Shown: one piece after another, positions 9,982 through 21,200 of the stretch
Position numbering within the stretch: position 1 is the first letter of the stretch
How the letters are laid out: the number at the start of each line of letters is the position of its first letter
Assembly: GCA_038897215.1 (NCBI GenBank)
Contig: JAWAWX010000001.1
Coordinates: 256,001-320,000, forward strand
Length of the DNA stretch: 64,000 bases
DNA from: Acidilobaceae archaeon
GTDB taxonomy: Archaea > Thermoproteota > Thermoprotei_A > Sulfolobales > Acidilobaceae
Direction: 5' to 3'
Translations under genes and position numbers: made by a program
The notes under the pieces: generated by a model
The model's database searches: none
What the model was told of the DNA's origin: nothing
Seen by the model: the letters and a program-made list of their open reading frames with translations, nothing else

Positions 9982-11262
9982 GTGCTCTCGTTGAGCAAGA
10001 CTTCGAGAATACAGGGGTTCTACAAGTTGCCTATAAGCGAGAGGATAAGGGTTCTCAAAGAGTTCGCTGATTTAACTGACGAGGAGGTAGGTCTCCTCAC
10101 GAGAACAGGCAGGCTGACTCTAGACGTGGCGGATAAGATGATAGAAAACGTTGTTGGCACCTTCGAGCTCCCCTTCGCTGTAGCAGTCAACTTTTTGATC
10201 AACGGGAGAGACTACATGGTCCCCATGGTGATAGAAGAGCCCTCTGTGGTGGCTGCAGCCTCGAATGCTGCTAGGTGGTGCCGCGAGGGCGGCGGTATAT
10301 GGGCTAGAGCCTCCGAGCCCCTCATGATCGGGCAGGTCCAGGTAGTCAAAGCCCCCTCGCCTCACCGCGCTGTCATGAGGATACTGGAGAGGAGAGAGGA
10401 GATACTGGAGGCTGCTAACTCCACGAACGAGTTCCTAGTCAAGATAGGAGGGGGCGCTAGAGACATAGAGGTTAGAGTCGTGAACAGCCCCGTAGGCGAG
10501 ATGGTCGTAGTCCACCTCATAGTAGACGTGAGGGACGCCATGGGCGCTAATATAGTGAACACTATGGTTGAGAAGATAGCACCGATAATAGAGGAGGCTA
10601 GCGGAGGCAAGGTATTGCTGAGAATAGTCTCCAATCTAGCAGATAAGAGGATAGCTAGAGCGTGGACCAGAATCCCCAAAGACGCCATAGGCGGAGACGA
10701 GGTAGTCGAGAGGATAATCTACGCCTGGGCTCTAGCAGCCTCAGACCCCTACAGAGCGGCTACGCACAACAAGGGCATAATGAACGGGATAGTGGCTGTA
10801 GCTCTAGCAACAGGGCAGGATACGAGAGCCATAGAGGCTGGAGCTCACGCCTATGCTGCTAGAAGAGGCAGATACGAGCCTCTGAGCGTCTGGGAGAGAG
10901 ACGAGAATGGAGACCTAGTAGGCTACATAGAGCTCCCCCTAGCTGTCGGCACGGTTGGCGGCTCGATCAAATCCAACCCCATGGCTAGACTAGCGTTGAA
11001 GATACTCGGGGTCAAGACCTCTAGAGAGCTAGCTGAGGTGATGGCAGCGGTCGGGCTAGCTCAGAACCTGGCAGCGCTCAGAGCACTAGTCACAGAGGGG
11101 ATCCAGAGGGGGCACATGAAGCTCCACGCTAGGCAGCTAGCTCTAGCTGCTGGAGCGTCGCCCGAGGAGGTAGACGCTGTAGTAGAGGAGATGGTGAAAT
11201 CGGGGACTATAAGCTTAGAGAAGGCTAAAGAGGTGCTAGCCAGCCTCAGGTCTAGAGTGTGA
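9982..11262 (+). CDS. mvaA: HMG-CoA reductase, class II (bacterial-type)
   Basis: ENVVG, EEPSVVAA, DAMGAN, THNKGIMNG, GIQRGHMKLH. Confidence 0.95.
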   Translation: MLSLSKTSRIQGFYKLPISERIRVLKEFADLTDEEVGLLTRTGRLTLDVADKMIENVVGTFELPFAVAVNFLINGRDYMVPMVIEEPSVVAAASNAARWCREGGGIWARASEPLMIGQVQVVKAPSPHRAVMRILERREEILEAANSTNEFLVKIGGGARDIEVRVVNSPVGEMVVVHLIVDVRDAMGANIVNTMVEKIAPIIEEASGGKVLLRIVSNLADKRIARAWTRIPKDAIGGDEVVERIIYAWALAASDPYRAATHNKGIMNGIVAVALATGQDTRAIEAGAHAYAARRGRYEPLSVWERDENGDLVGYIELPLAVGTVGGSIKSNPMARLALKILGVKTSRELAEVMAAVGLAQNLAALRALVTEGIQRGHMKLHARQLALAAGASPEEVDAVVEEMVKSGTISLEKAKEVLASLRSRV

Positions 11263-11607
11263 CTGCTGAAGCCTCCTCTGGAGAAGCCCCCCATACCTCC
11301 CCGTGACCACAGCCTCCTCTAGGCTCTCTAGCCTCTCGATGAGGAACCTTACTGTCTCCTCTAGCTCTCTAACCTTGCCCTCGAGCATCGTCGACTTAAG
11401 CCTGAACTCTCTCTCGAGCCTGTCTGCTTTGAGGGAGAGAGAGGCTAGAGCCTCCTCGCTCACTCTAGGAGGCTGGCTTAGAGCACCCTCCAGTCCCAGC
11501 CTGATATAAAGCTTGATCAGGTCGGTAATCTGGATCCCCATGTCGCTTGCTCTCTTCTTAAGCTCGTTGTACAAGCTCTCTGGGAGAGCTAGGTGCACTG
11601 TCGGCAT
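11236..11607 (-). CDS. CopG/RHH DNA-binding protein with C-terminal coiled coil
   Basis: PTVHLALPESLYNELKKRASDMGIQITDLIKLYI followed by a heptad-rich helix. Confidence 0.85.
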   Translation of the reverse strand: MPTVHLALPESLYNELKKRASDMGIQITDLIKLYIRLGLEGALSQPPRVSEEALASLSLKADRLEREFRLKSTMLEGKVRELEETVRFLIERLESLEEAVVTGRYGGLLQRRLQQSHSRPEAG

Positions 11608-11612
11608 ATGTA

Positions 11613-11689
11613 TACTCCCATATACGGGAGTACTGGTGAGAGCTTATATCTTATAGTGAGTCGTGTACTCTCATCAAACAGAGAGTACA
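11613..11689. promoter_or_regulatory. Two related palindromic operators in the divergent RHH/RHH promoter
   Basis: TACTCCC-N6-GGGAGTA (11613-11632) and TGTACTCTC-N8-GAGAGTACA (11664-11689). Confidence 0.65.
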
Positions 11690-11760
11690 TTTCGCCATAT
11701 AGGGGTCATGTTGAAAATCTCTAGTAGACATAGGTATTAAGACTCGGGGCGCGAGGAGAG

Positions 11761-11931
11761 ATGAGAGTAGTTAGCTTCAAGGCAGACGAGGACCTACTCT
11801 TCTTGCTAGAAGAGTACTCTAGGAGGAAGAATATGAGCAAGAGCGAGATTATAAGGAGAGCTCTAAAGCTCTACATCTCTAAAGACATGTCTGAGACAGC
11901 TACCACGAAGAGGATTAGAGTGATCCAGTGA
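11761..11931 (+). CDS. 56-aa RHH protein, aCcr1-like (not in ORF track)
   Basis: MRVVSFKADEDLLFLLEEYSRRKNMSKSEIIRRALKLYISKDMSETATTKRIRVIQ; GAGGAG RBS and TATTAA box upstream. Confidence 0.88.
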   Translation: MRVVSFKADEDLLFLLEEYSRRKNMSKSEIIRRALKLYISKDMSETATTKRIRVIQ

Positions 11932-12041
11932 CGAGTACTGCTCTAGCGCTGTATCGTAGCCCCTCTCTCCTCTCCCCACGTCTCTCCCGCAATCAAGCGT
12001 TATCTAGCCTCTCTCCTCTCGCTGGCTCGGATGAGAGAGCT

Positions 12042-12908
12042 GTGCTCATAGTTGCTGGCGCCGGAGTAGGCCCCAATAGCGTCACTCTAGAGGTCGTGGA
12101 GGCTTTGAGGAGAGCAGATAAAGTGTACGTTGAGACGTACACTTCTCCGGCTTCACGCTGGCTTCTAGACCTAGCGTATAGGCATAGCGGGAGAGTCGTT
12201 GAAGCCTCTAGGAGAGTTCTCGAGGAGGAGAGCTGGAGAGTAGTCGAGGAGGCTAGAGAGAAGACTGTGGTCGTGCTGTCGCCCGGCGACCCTCTCATAG
12301 CTACCACTCACCAAGCTCTTCTAGCCGAGGCGTCGGCTAGAGGCGTCGAAGCCAAGTACGTTCCCGGAGTCTCTGGAGTCACTGCTGCTAAAGCGTACTC
12401 GGGGCTCTCCTACTACAGGTTCGGGCGGGCTGCGACAGCTCCCGGGCCCTGGAGGCAAGCGAAGCCCTTCTCGGTCATCCTGACACTCTACGGCAATCTC
12501 TGTATCGATGCTCACACTCTAATCCTCCTCGATGTGAGCGACGAGGGGGAGATGCTGAGCCCCGCTACAGCAGCGTCTCTACTCCTAGAGCACGAGAGAG
12601 TGGTTTCGAGAGAGCTGAAGACCCCCCTCATACTCCACCAGACTCCCCTAATCCTGGTGGTAGCAGCGGGGAGAGAGAGTGCGAGAATAGAGCTCTACGA
12701 CTCAGCGCTAGACCTGACCGCTTCAGAGAGCAGTGTTGAAGAGCCCTCTAGCCTGATCGCTCCAGCTCCTCTCAGCGGGTCTGAAGCGTGGGTACTCGAG
12801 TCTAGAACGAGGCGGAGACTGCTGGAGGTGTGGGTGAAGAGAGGGTACTCGAGGAGAGACGCTTGCTCGAGCTACGAGGCTCTCCTAGACTGGCTCTCGA
12901 GAGACTGA
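12042..12908 (+). CDS. dph5: Diphthine synthase (ORF open from 11928; start placed at GTG 12042)
   Basis: LIVAGAG, VYVETYTS, GDPLIATTH, GLSYYRFGR, HTLILLD. Confidence 0.88.
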   Translation: MLIVAGAGVGPNSVTLEVVEALRRADKVYVETYTSPASRWLLDLAYRHSGRVVEASRRVLEEESWRVVEEAREKTVVVLSPGDPLIATTHQALLAEASARGVEAKYVPGVSGVTAAKAYSGLSYYRFGRAATAPGPWRQAKPFSVILTLYGNLCIDAHTLILLDVSDEGEMLSPATAASLLLEHERVVSRELKTPLILHQTPLILVVAAGRESARIELYDSALDLTASESSVEEPSSLIAPAPLSGSEAWVLESRTRRRLLEVWVKRGYSRRDACSSYEALLDWLSRD

Positions 12909-14953
12909 GAGGGAGCACGCGATACCAGCACTATCCTCACGTCTTCAGGCATGCTTATTGGAGTGAACGGGATCCCCGTCCCCCTATAGAACTTGGAGAA
13001 CCACTCGTAGAAGTGCAGCCTTAGAGTCTGAGCGAAGGCTATTATCGCCTCTATAGCTATAGCTATCAGGTTCCCGAACACGTAGAGGACGAAGCCCACG
13101 GCTAAGCCTAGAGCTCCCCCATGGCTCATCTCGTGGTATATGTAGTAGAAGCCGAGCATTATGCTAGAGTGGGCTAGAGCTAGAGCTAGTATTCTCAGAA
13201 AGCTCGGGATATTGCCTAGAGCCATGAGTATAGAGTCGAAAGCCTCCATGAAGGAAGAGATCAGAGCAGAGCCTACCCCGTGCCCGTGCTTGAGCGCAAA
13301 GAAAGGCTCTCCGAGAAGCATCCACAGCAAGCCTACTAGAGCCCCCAGTAGGACTACCGTGGCCTTCACGTCGCCCCCTCCTAGCTCGAAGACTGCTCTC
13401 TGGATAGTCGAGGCGGCGTCGCTCACGCTGAGGCTAGTGAGGAAGGGTAGAGCTATCGAGGTAAAGAAGATGAATCTAGGTAGCCTCATAGCCAGGAGCT
13501 CTTCAGAATCCCTTCTGATCCACGCGTTGAGAACCCCTAGCAGAGTGCCGAATGAGAGCATGAATGCCCCTATCCACAAGCATATAGTCACAGCTCTGTA
13601 GAGGAGTGCGTTCACCAGCTCCCACTTGCCCTTCTCTATAGCGTACGTTGGGAGAGCTAGAGGAGGCAGGGGGCTAATCCAGCCGAAGAGCTTCTCCAAG
13701 ACCAGGTGGCCGCCCAGAGGGCCGAAGAACTCTCCGGCTAGAAGCCCCGTGATCATAGAGGCTGCTCCCAGGACTAGGAGCACGTCTCTCCACGCCGGGT
13801 TCCTCTTGCCGAAGAAGAGGAGACCGAAGAGAGCCAGGACGAGACCGTGGCCAGCATCGGGGAACATTAGAGCAAACGCTATCGGGAAGGTTACTGCCAG
13901 GAAGAGTGTGGGAACTACCTCACCCGTCTCTGGCTCTCCATACATCTGCGTTATCTTGTGGAAGGAGCGCACCACGGGAGGTAGCGCTACCTTAGTGGGA
14001 GCTCTAGCCTCGCCTCTAACGAGGCCCATGTCTAGAAGCACGTAGGAAGCACCCGCCTCCTCGTCTAGAGTCTTCTTGAGCCTATCGTAGTCGTAATCGT
14101 CTATGTATCCCTCCACGAAGAACATGCTTGAAGACTCGAGACCCGATGAGAGAGCCCTAAACACCTCTCTGAAAGCAACGAGGTGAGTGTAGTAGCGCGT
14201 TAGCTCCGGTAGCCTAGACTTAAGCTCCCCTCTTATCTTCTCAGCTTCGGTCTCGAGCCCTTCGAGACTCCTTTTGAGTATCTCATACGCCTCCTTCGGG
14301 CTTCCGGGGAGCTCTTTCGGCACTACTAGGAGACTCATGCCTGCTCTAGACAGGTTAGCGACAACTCCCCTCATGACTTCAGGCTTGCCGACTACGGCTA
14401 CGCGCGTCCTCCCGTCCTCCATAGTCTCGCAGACTACTACAGCACCCGCTCTAGATGCTTCCTCGCACTCTCTCTCAAAGCCCGGGGGCGCTATTCCTAG
14501 AGCGAACTGCAGAGTTACCGCCTCGTAGGCTCTCTTAATGTCGCTCTCTATATCAGTCATGGGGGCTAGCTGCTCTAGAGTCTTCTTTATCTCGTCGGCT
14601 CTCCTCTCTAAATCGGAGAGTCTCGATATCCTAGAGTCGTAGAACTCCTCGAGATCAGCGTAGAACTTCAGGACATTGCTGAACGTGCTCTCCCAATCGC
14701 TAACCTCTATAACCAAGCCTCTCTCCGTCGCGGGCTCCAGGTTTAGGTAGTGGAAGAAGCTCGCAACCTTGCTCGCTCTCTCTGAAGCTTGAGTATACAG
14801 CTTCCTGTAGGTAGGAGAGGGGGAGCCTGGTAGCTCGCGGCTAGGCTCCTCGATGTGGAGAACGCCCTCGTTAGCTATGCGAGTAAGAACTCTGTCATAC
14901 GAGCTCTTAGGGAGAGCGATCAAGACGTACCTAAGCCTACGTGGCACTAGCAA
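12872..14953 (-). CDS. atpI: A/V-type ATP synthase subunit I
   Basis: MFPDAGHG, SFLRILAL, LRLHFYEWFSKFY. Confidence 0.95.
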   Translation of the reverse strand: MLVPRRLRYVLIALPKSSYDRVLTRIANEGVLHIEEPSRELPGSPSPTYRKLYTQASERASKVASFFHYLNLEPATERGLVIEVSDWESTFSNVLKFYADLEEFYDSRISRLSDLERRADEIKKTLEQLAPMTDIESDIKRAYEAVTLQFALGIAPPGFERECEEASRAGAVVVCETMEDGRTRVAVVGKPEVMRGVVANLSRAGMSLLVVPKELPGSPKEAYEILKRSLEGLETEAEKIRGELKSRLPELTRYYTHLVAFREVFRALSSGLESSSMFFVEGYIDDYDYDRLKKTLDEEAGASYVLLDMGLVRGEARAPTKVALPPVVRSFHKITQMYGEPETGEVVPTLFLAVTFPIAFALMFPDAGHGLVLALFGLLFFGKRNPAWRDVLLVLGAASMITGLLAGEFFGPLGGHLVLEKLFGWISPLPPLALPTYAIEKGKWELVNALLYRAVTICLWIGAFMLSFGTLLGVLNAWIRRDSEELLAMRLPRFIFFTSIALPFLTSLSVSDAASTIQRAVFELGGGDVKATVVLLGALVGLLWMLLGEPFFALKHGHGVGSALISSFMEAFDSILMALGNIPSFLRILALALAHSSIMLGFYYIYHEMSHGGALGLAVGFVLYVFGNLIAIAIEAIIAFAQTLRLHFYEWFSKFYRGTGIPFTPISMPEDVRIVLVSRAPSQSLESQSRRAS

Positions 14954-15188
14954 GTCGTGACTAGCCCTCCGCTTAGAATCGCTTCAAACCAAATTTAAAT
15001 ATCTAAGCGTTTTTTCCCAATCTAAATACCAAGCGTTCTCTCGTTCTCGTTAATCGATACAGTCGAGAGCAGGTAGCTCTACTTATCGAGGCCAACGCGT
15101 TACCCATATCTAGAGAGTAACGAAGTCGGCTAAAAGATAAATACTTTGGTGAAAAGTCTACGCTTTCGCGGATTCTAATGACTGGTGG
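14954..15188. promoter_or_regulatory. AT-rich divergent promoter region atpI / atpF-E-A
   Basis: TTTAAATA near 14995 and GATAAATA near 15136. Confidence 0.55.
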
Positions 15189-15515
15189 GTGCTAGTATTG
15201 TCTTCGAGCACGTTACCGAAGGGGGTCGTCTACGTGATCGGCGATAGGGAGAGCATACAGTTATTCAAAGGCGCGGGCTTCCACGTAATCGAGGCTTATA
15301 CTCAAGAGCAAGTCATAGACTATATAAGCAGAATAGATGTTCTTGGAAACGCTGCTCTCATAATAGTCTTGAGGGACTTGGTGAGCGATGAGGAGGCTTT
15401 CAGGAAGAAGACGGCTAAGTTCTCGACACCGATATACATCATGCCTACGCTCAAGTCTCCCGGAAAGCCCGTAGACCCTAGCAAGCTCCTATATCAAGCA
15501 CTAGGCTTTAAGTGA
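15189..15515 (+). CDS. atpF: A-ATPase subunit F
   Basis: VYVIGDRESIQLFKGAG; size and position. Confidence 0.85.
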   Translation: MLVLSSSTLPKGVVYVIGDRESIQLFKGAGFHVIEAYTQEQVIDYISRIDVLGNAALIIVLRDLVSDEEAFRKKTAKFSTPIYIMPTLKSPGKPVDPSKLLYQALGFK

Positions 15516-16150
15516 GTGAGGTTGCGAGAGCGTTGTCGGCTAGAAGCAGGCTAGCAGGTGACCCCGTAGGCCTCGCTAGAGACTCGGGGGTATTCGAGCT
15601 AAGGAGGAGCAAGAAGAATCTCGAGGACGCGCTGGTAGCAAGCGAGGCTCTTATCGCTGACGCTTTCAAGAACATTCTGGCAGAGTATGAGCGAAGACTC
15701 CAGCTGGAATACTCGAGTCTACAGGACTCCCTAAAGGGCGTTAGAGCCAGGCTAGAGGCTGAAGCTCGAGCAGCAATAGCGGAGAAAGAGAGAGAGTTCA
15801 TCGAGAAAGTCCTGGCAGCGCTTAGAGCTAGGATTGCTCGAAGCAAGAGCGAGGAGTGGTACAAAGAGTTCATGAGCAGAGTCTTAGCTAAGCTAGCTGA
15901 GGAAGCAAGAGCAGTCGGGAAGCTGACAGTATGGGTTTCTCGAGACGACCAGAGCCTAGCTAGAGAACTCGTGGAGAAGATGAGATACGACTTGATCGAG
16001 ATAGCTCCAGAGCCAGCTGAGATAATCGGTGGAGCCGTGGCCAGAGACGAGTCAGGAGCAGTCAGCATAGACTACAGCGTTGACACTATAATCAAGTCGG
16101 CTACGTTAAAGCTACAAGCTCTCATACTCAAGAGCCTCAGAGAGAGCTGA
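15512..16150 (+). CDS. atpE: A-ATPase subunit E
   Basis: N-terminal coiled coil; IIGGAV...IDYS C-terminus; upstream of atpA. Confidence 0.85.
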   Translation: MSEVARALSARSRLAGDPVGLARDSGVFELRRSKKNLEDALVASEALIADAFKNILAEYERRLQLEYSSLQDSLKGVRARLEAEARAAIAEKEREFIEKVLAALRARIARSKSEEWYKEFMSRVLAKLAEEARAVGKLTVWVSRDDQSLARELVEKMRYDLIEIAPEPAEIIGGAVARDESGAVSIDYSVDTIIKSATLKLQALILKSLRES

Positions 16151-16167
16151 GCGGAGGGCGGGCTAGA

Positions 16168-17973
16168 GTGGGAGTCAAGGGGCGAATAGTCAGGATAAGC
16201 GGTCCCCTAGTGGTAGCTGAGGGCATGACAGGAGTCCAGATGTACGAGATGGTTAGAGTAGGCCTAGAAGGCCTAGTGGGAGAAGTCACTCTGATAAGAG
16301 GAGATAGAGCATACATCCAGGTATACGAGTCTACAAGCGGTCTGAGACCAGGAGAGCCCGTGGAGGGCACTGGCGGGCCTCTGAGTGTAGAGCTAGGCCC
16401 AGGCCTCCTAGGGAATATCTACGACGGGATCCAGAGACCGCTACCCGTGATAAGCCGAGTGCTCTCCAGAAAGAGCCCGAGGAGAAGTATATTCGTCGAG
16501 AGAGGGATCACGGTCTCTCCTCTCGATAGAAGCAAGTTCTACTACTTCACGCCAGCCAAGGATGTTAGAGTGGGCGATAAGGTATCGCCGGGCGACGTTC
16601 TCGGCACTGTCCCCGAAACCAGCATAATAACCCACAAGATACTAGTGCCTCCTGGTGTTAGAGGCAGGCTCAAGTGGGTCGCTCCCGAGGGAGACTACAG
16701 GATCGACGACTCGATAGCCGAGGTTGAGACTGAGGAGGGGAGGACTGTAAGCCTAACGATGACGCACAAGTGGCCTGTTAGAGTGCCTAGACCCTACAAG
16801 TACAAGCTGGAGCCAACGGAGCCTCTCGTCACCGGGATGAGGATCCTGGATACTCTATTCCCTATGGCTAAAGGCGGGACTGGAGCAATACCCGGAGGCT
16901 TCGGCACAGGGAAGACTGTGACTCTACACTCTCTAGCCAGATGGTCTGCCGCCAACGTGGTCGTCTACATAGGCTGCGGTGAGAGAGGTAACGAGATGAC
17001 GGAGGTCCTAGAGAGGTTCCCCAAGTCCACGGACCCGTGGACCGGGAAGCCTCTAATGGATAGAACGATACTGATAGCCAATACTAGCAACATGCCGGTA
17101 GCCGCTAGAGAAGCCAGCATCTACGTCGGGATAACGCTAGCAGAGTACTATAGAGACATGGGCTTCGACGTGCTCCTAGTAGCCGACTCTACTAGCAGGT
17201 GGGCTGAGGCTCTCAGAGAGATAAGCGGGAGACTCGAGGAGATGCCGGCTGAGGAGGGCTACCCGAGCTATCTCGCCTCCAGGCTAGCTGAGTTCTACGA
17301 GAGAGCAGGCAGAGTGGTAGCACTAGGCAGGCCCGAGAGGCTTGGGAGCGTCACCGTGGTCGGAGCAGTGAGCCCGCCTGGAGGAGACTTCAGCGAGCCC
17401 GTCACGAGCCACACCTCTAGATTCATCAGAGTCTTCTGGGCTCTAGACACGAGGCTAGCCTACAGCAGGCACTACCCTGCTATAAACTGGCTCCTGAGCT
17501 ACAGCGCCTACGTCGACACCGTGGCTGGCTGGTGGCACGACGCTGTAGACAGGGAGTGGAGAGAGTACAGAGAGGAGGCTATGAGGATACTGATGAGGGA
17601 GGCCGAGTTGCAGGAGATAGTCAGGCTAGTCGGCACAGAAGCTCTAAGCGAGAGAGACAAGCTGGTTCTCGAGACCGCGAGGATGATCAAAGACGGGTTC
17701 CTCAAGCAGAACGCCTACGACCCCATAGACGCCTTCTCCACGCCACAAAAGCAAGTGAAGCTCCTCAAGATGTTCATAGACTTCTACAGGAGAGCCGACG
17801 AGCTAGTCAGGCACGGGCTAACAGTGGCCAGGATAAGAGAGGCCGTAGGCAGGCTCTACGTGGAGGCTGTGAAGGCGAAGTTCACGATACCGAACGACGA
17901 GCTAGACAAGATAGACGAGCTGAGCAAGAAGCTGCAGGAGGCGCTAGAAGGGCTGAGAGCAGAGATCAGGTGA
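16168..17973 (+). CDS. atpA: A-ATPase catalytic subunit A
   Basis: [30 protein letters not shown]. Confidence 0.98.
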   Translation: MGVKGRIVRISGPLVVAEGMTGVQMYEMVRVGLEGLVGEVTLIRGDRAYIQVYESTSGLRPGEPVEGTGGPLSVELGPGLLGNIYDGIQRPLPVISRVLSRKSPRRSIFVERGITVSPLDRSKFYYFTPAKDVRVGDKVSPGDVLGTVPETSIITHKILVPPGVRGRLKWVAPEGDYRIDDSIAEVETEEGRTVSLTMTHKWPVRVPRPYKYKLEPTEPLVTGMRILDTLFPMAKGGTGAIPGGFGTGKTVTLHSLARWSAANVVVYIGCGERGNEMTEVLERFPKSTDPWTGKPLMDRTILIANTSNMPVAAREASIYVGITLAEYYRDMGFDVLLVADSTSRWAEALREISGRLEEMPAEEGYPSYLASRLAEFYERAGRVVALGRPERLGSVTVVGAVSPPGGDFSEPVTSHTSRFIRVFWALDTRLAYSRHYPAINWLLSYSAYVDTVAGWWHDAVDREWREYREEAMRILMREAELQEIVRLVGTEALSERDKLVLETARMIKDGFLKQNAYDPIDAFSTPQKQVKLLKMFIDFYRRADELVRHGLTVARIREAVGRLYVEAVKAKFTIPNDELDKIDELSKKLQEALEGLRAEIR

Positions 17974-17979
17974 GGGGGG

Positions 17980-18225
17980 CTAGAGCTCCCCCAGAGCGAG
18001 AAGCCCTCTTCTCGCAGCCTCTCTCAAAACCCTCTCAGCCAGGCTCCTAGACCTCACTCTAGCGAGAACAACGCCCCCCGCCTCGACGAGCGAGACGCCG
18101 CTAGACGAGAGAACGCTGGCTAGAGCTCTCTCAGCCCCCCTCTTCAGAGGCACGACGTAAAAGCCCTGAGGGTCTCTCCTCCTAAGCACCTCTAGCTCGA
18201 GCCTATCCAGCGAAGAGCCGCTCAC
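17980..18225 (-). CDS. Hypothetical protein
   Basis: 81-aa ORF with host codon usage, co-oriented with the upstream gene. Confidence 0.5.
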   Translation of the reverse strand: MSGSSLDRLELEVLRRRDPQGFYVVPLKRGAERALASVLSSSGVSLVEAGGVVLARVRSRSLAERVLREAARRGLLALGEL

Positions 18226-18262
18226 GCCAGCCCAGCCCTCGGGCCTGACGGGAGGCTCTCTC

Positions 18263-18754
18263 CTACCTCTTGTACCCTATCTTCCTCAGGAACTCTCTCC
18301 TCTCTCGCGCGTCCTCCTCCGTCTCTACCCCAAGCGGCTTGAAGCCGTCTGCTACCCCCAGGAGGGCTCTCTGGTCTCCCAGGTCTGCTACTATGACCTT
18401 GACGGGGTTCGCTGTGGCAGCGTCTACCGACACTACCTCCTGGACGTGCTTTATAGCGTTCAGCACGTTTATCGGCCACCCTTCTCTCAGGTATATCACG
18501 AAGGTGTGCCCCGCTCCTATCTTGAGGCACGCCTCTACTGCTAGCTTCCTTAGCTCCTCGTCGTTCCCATCGCTTCTAACCAGTCTCTTCCCCGAGGCCT
18601 CGTTGAAGCAGAGGCCGAACCTGAGGTGGGGGTGGCTCGTCGCTAGAGCCTCGTAGAGGTCCTCCACGGTCTTGATGAAGTGAGACCTACCGATTATGAC
18701 GTTGACTCCGTGGGGCACGGGGATCTCCACTACTTCAATCCTTATCTCAGCCAC
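18263..18754 (-). CDS. DUF355 / adenosine-specific kinase family protein
   Basis: [39 protein letters not shown]. Confidence 0.88.
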   Translation of the reverse strand: MAEIRIEVVEIPVPHGVNVIIGRSHFIKTVEDLYEALATSHPHLRFGLCFNEASGKRLVRSDGNDEELRKLAVEACLKIGAGHTFVIYLREGWPINVLNAIKHVQEVVSVDAATANPVKVIVADLGDQRALLGVADGFKPLGVETEEDARERREFLRKIGYKR

Positions 18755-18803
18755 TCCCAGGCACCGCTTCCCGAGGTTGCAGCCGAGAGCCTTATCCTCT
18801 AGC

Positions 18804-21041
18804 CTAGGCTACAGGCTTACCCTCGGGAGCTGCCTCGACTCTAGCCGTCTCTCCCCTCATGACCGCTTCTAGTATTCTGAGCGCTCCCCTCCTCGAGAGC
18901 ATCTTGTTGTTGTTACCGCAGTAGGGCGAGTAGACGCACCTAGGGCAGCCGTCTTCGCACGCGCACTCAGCAAGTATCCTCGCGGCTAGAGCGGCGGCTT
19001 TGTCTAGCCTCTCGAATAGAGTCCTCGAGGCCCCATTGCCTCCTGGGGAGGAGTCGTAGATGACTATGAGACCCGATGGGTAGCTTACTCCGCCCACATC
19101 TGTGTCGGAGTACCCGGCTACGGGCTTCCCCGCTGCTATCAGAACGTGCTCTATTGCGTGGAAAGAGCTGGAAGCATCGAGAGGATGCATGCCGAGCGAG
19201 GGGAAGCTAGCGTAGAGTCCTTTCGTCGTGAACCTCCACTTGAGCGGGGTCTCTAGCATGACCTCGCTCAGAGTCTGCCCGGAGGCCTCGTCTATTACCA
19301 CGTAGCCCTCAACGTAGACCTCAGCCTTAACGCTCCCATAGGACACGACTACGGAGCCCAGGAGTCTCGCGCTCTCCTCGGAGACGGGGACAGCGTAGGT
19401 GGTGTGCAGTGCTCTAGTGTAGACGGATATAGTGTCCGGGACTCTTCTCACTCTAGCCTCGAGCTTTGCCAGGTCGAGAGACACGGACATGTACGGCCGG
19501 CCCATGTGGTAGTATATCGCTCCCGGGTGGAGCTCGTAGAGAGCCTGAGGCAGCTCCCTGTACCCTATGGTCTTCCCCCGCTCGTCTACAATCGAGACAA
19601 CGGGGCCCGAGGACCTGAGCCCCGAGCTTCTGAGAAGCCTCAGGATCCCTTCGCGCGACCCTACTATCCTGCCTCCGGAGAGTCTGACGACGCCGGCTCT
19701 AGCGAGGTCCTCTACCGCTCCCCGAGCGAAATCAGGGATTTCCGAGTCTCTGAGAGACCCGTACTCGGCCAGCATAGCCGCCACGTGGGTCTTGGCTACC
19801 TCGACGTTCCCCGGCTCCATGAAGACAGGCGGCACGCTTTGAGCGAAGTACTCGCCCGGTCTCCTGGAGAAGTAGGACTCCAGGGGGCTCGCTCCCAGGA
19901 GCGTGATCACGTAGCCCGGTCTCTCTCTCCTCCCGACTCTCCCGGCTCTCTGTATGTAGCTCGCGTAGCTGCTAGGCAGCCCGACCATGATTGCCACGTC
20001 CAGAGTCCCCACGTCTATGCCGAGCTCTAGAGTAGGCGTGGCTACCACTACGTCGACTCTCCCCTCTCTCATAGCCTCCTCCACCATAGCCCTGTACTCT
20101 GGAGGGAGCCCTGCTCTGTGGACGAAGGACTTGACCCCCTTCTTGGCTATGTCTCTCGCTAGCCATTCCGCTCTCTGCTGCGAGTCTATGAAGACTAGAG
20201 TCTTGAGCCCCATCTTGGCGAGAGCAGCCGCCAGAGTAGAGGCTACGACACGCCTACTGGCTCTACCGCAGTCCGCCATGTAGTGGACCGCTGTCCCCCT
20301 CCTCCTCCTGGGGCCCTCGACGACGACGGGCTTCCTCCCGAAGAGCCTCTCTCCGTGCTCCCCGGGGTTGCCTATCGTCGCCCCCGAGCCGACCATCACA
20401 GCGTCTCTAGCGTATCGCAACAGCCTGTACACGACCCACTTGACGTGGCTCCCGAAGACTCCACCATATAGGTGTAGCTCGTCGAGCACGACGTAGGAGG
20501 CTTCTCTCACGACCTCTCTCAAGCCTCTCGCCATGGCTAGACTGTAGTGGAGCATATCCGGGTTCGTTACGAGCACGTGGGGAGGGCTCGTGAGAACCCT
20601 CCTGCGGACGCTCTCAGGGCTGTCCCCATCGTAGACTTCAGCCTCCAGCCCTAGAGCCTCCAGGTAGCCTCTGATCCTCGAGAGCTGGTCTCTAGCCAGG
20701 GCCTTCGTGGGATAGACCAGGATAGCCGTGGGCCTCCTCCCTAGTCTCAGAGCCTTATCGAGAACGGGGACCAGGAACGCTTCAGTCTTCCCCGTGCCAG
20801 TCCCGGCCACGATGACTGTATCGTTGCCAGCCGCTATGCTCGCAGCCGCCTCAGCCTGGAACCTGTAGAGGCGCCTTATCCCCCGCGACCTCAGAGCCTC
20901 GACAAGCTTCTCGCTAACCCCGAGCTCCTCGACCAGAGGGCCCGGCTCTGGCTCGCCGCTCTCCTCTACATGCTTGTATACAACCCTCCCCCCATGCCTC
21001 GCTAGAGTCTCCTCCAAGACTCTCTCGACGCCGCCCTCCAA
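18804..21041 (-). CDS. DEAD/DEAH helicase with DUF1998 (Hrq1/SftH/MrfA family)
   Basis: [34 protein letters not shown]. Confidence 0.93.
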   Translation of the reverse strand: MEGGVERVLEETLARHGGRVVYKHVEESGEPEPGPLVEELGVSEKLVEALRSRGIRRLYRFQAEAAASIAAGNDTVIVAGTGTGKTEAFLVPVLDKALRLGRRPTAILVYPTKALARDQLSRIRGYLEALGLEAEVYDGDSPESVRRRVLTSPPHVLVTNPDMLHYSLAMARGLREVVREASYVVLDELHLYGGVFGSHVKWVVYRLLRYARDAVMVGSGATIGNPGEHGERLFGRKPVVVEGPRRRRGTAVHYMADCGRASRRVVASTLAAALAKMGLKTLVFIDSQQRAEWLARDIAKKGVKSFVHRAGLPPEYRAMVEEAMREGRVDVVVATPTLELGIDVGTLDVAIMVGLPSSYASYIQRAGRVGRRERPGYVITLLGASPLESYFSRRPGEYFAQSVPPVFMEPGNVEVAKTHVAAMLAEYGSLRDSEIPDFARGAVEDLARAGVVRLSGGRIVGSREGILRLLRSSGLRSSGPVVSIVDERGKTIGYRELPQALYELHPGAIYYHMGRPYMSVSLDLAKLEARVRRVPDTISVYTRALHTTYAVPVSEESARLLGSVVVSYGSVKAEVYVEGYVVIDEASGQTLSEVMLETPLKWRFTTKGLYASFPSLGMHPLDASSSFHAIEHVLIAAGKPVAGYSDTDVGGVSYPSGLIVIYDSSPGGNGASRTLFERLDKAAALAARILAECACEDGCPRCVYSPYCGNNNKMLSRRGALRILEAVMRGETARVEAAPEGKPVA

Positions 21042-21200
21042 GCCTCAGACCCGCTCAATCAACCACACTCTCCTACACTCCCCGAGGAGCCCTTAAAGAG
21101 AGACTCTCGGAGGCCAGCTCTAGCTCCTCGAGCCTGAGAAGCCGCTGCGGGAGTCCGAGGGCGCGCCCGCCGGCTAGAGGCTTCGGCGCGGAGCGGGCAC

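Noticed and set aside
11928-12041. N-terminal extension of Dph5
   Set aside because: Low-complexity pyrimidine-rich spacer; family similarity starts at GTG 12042
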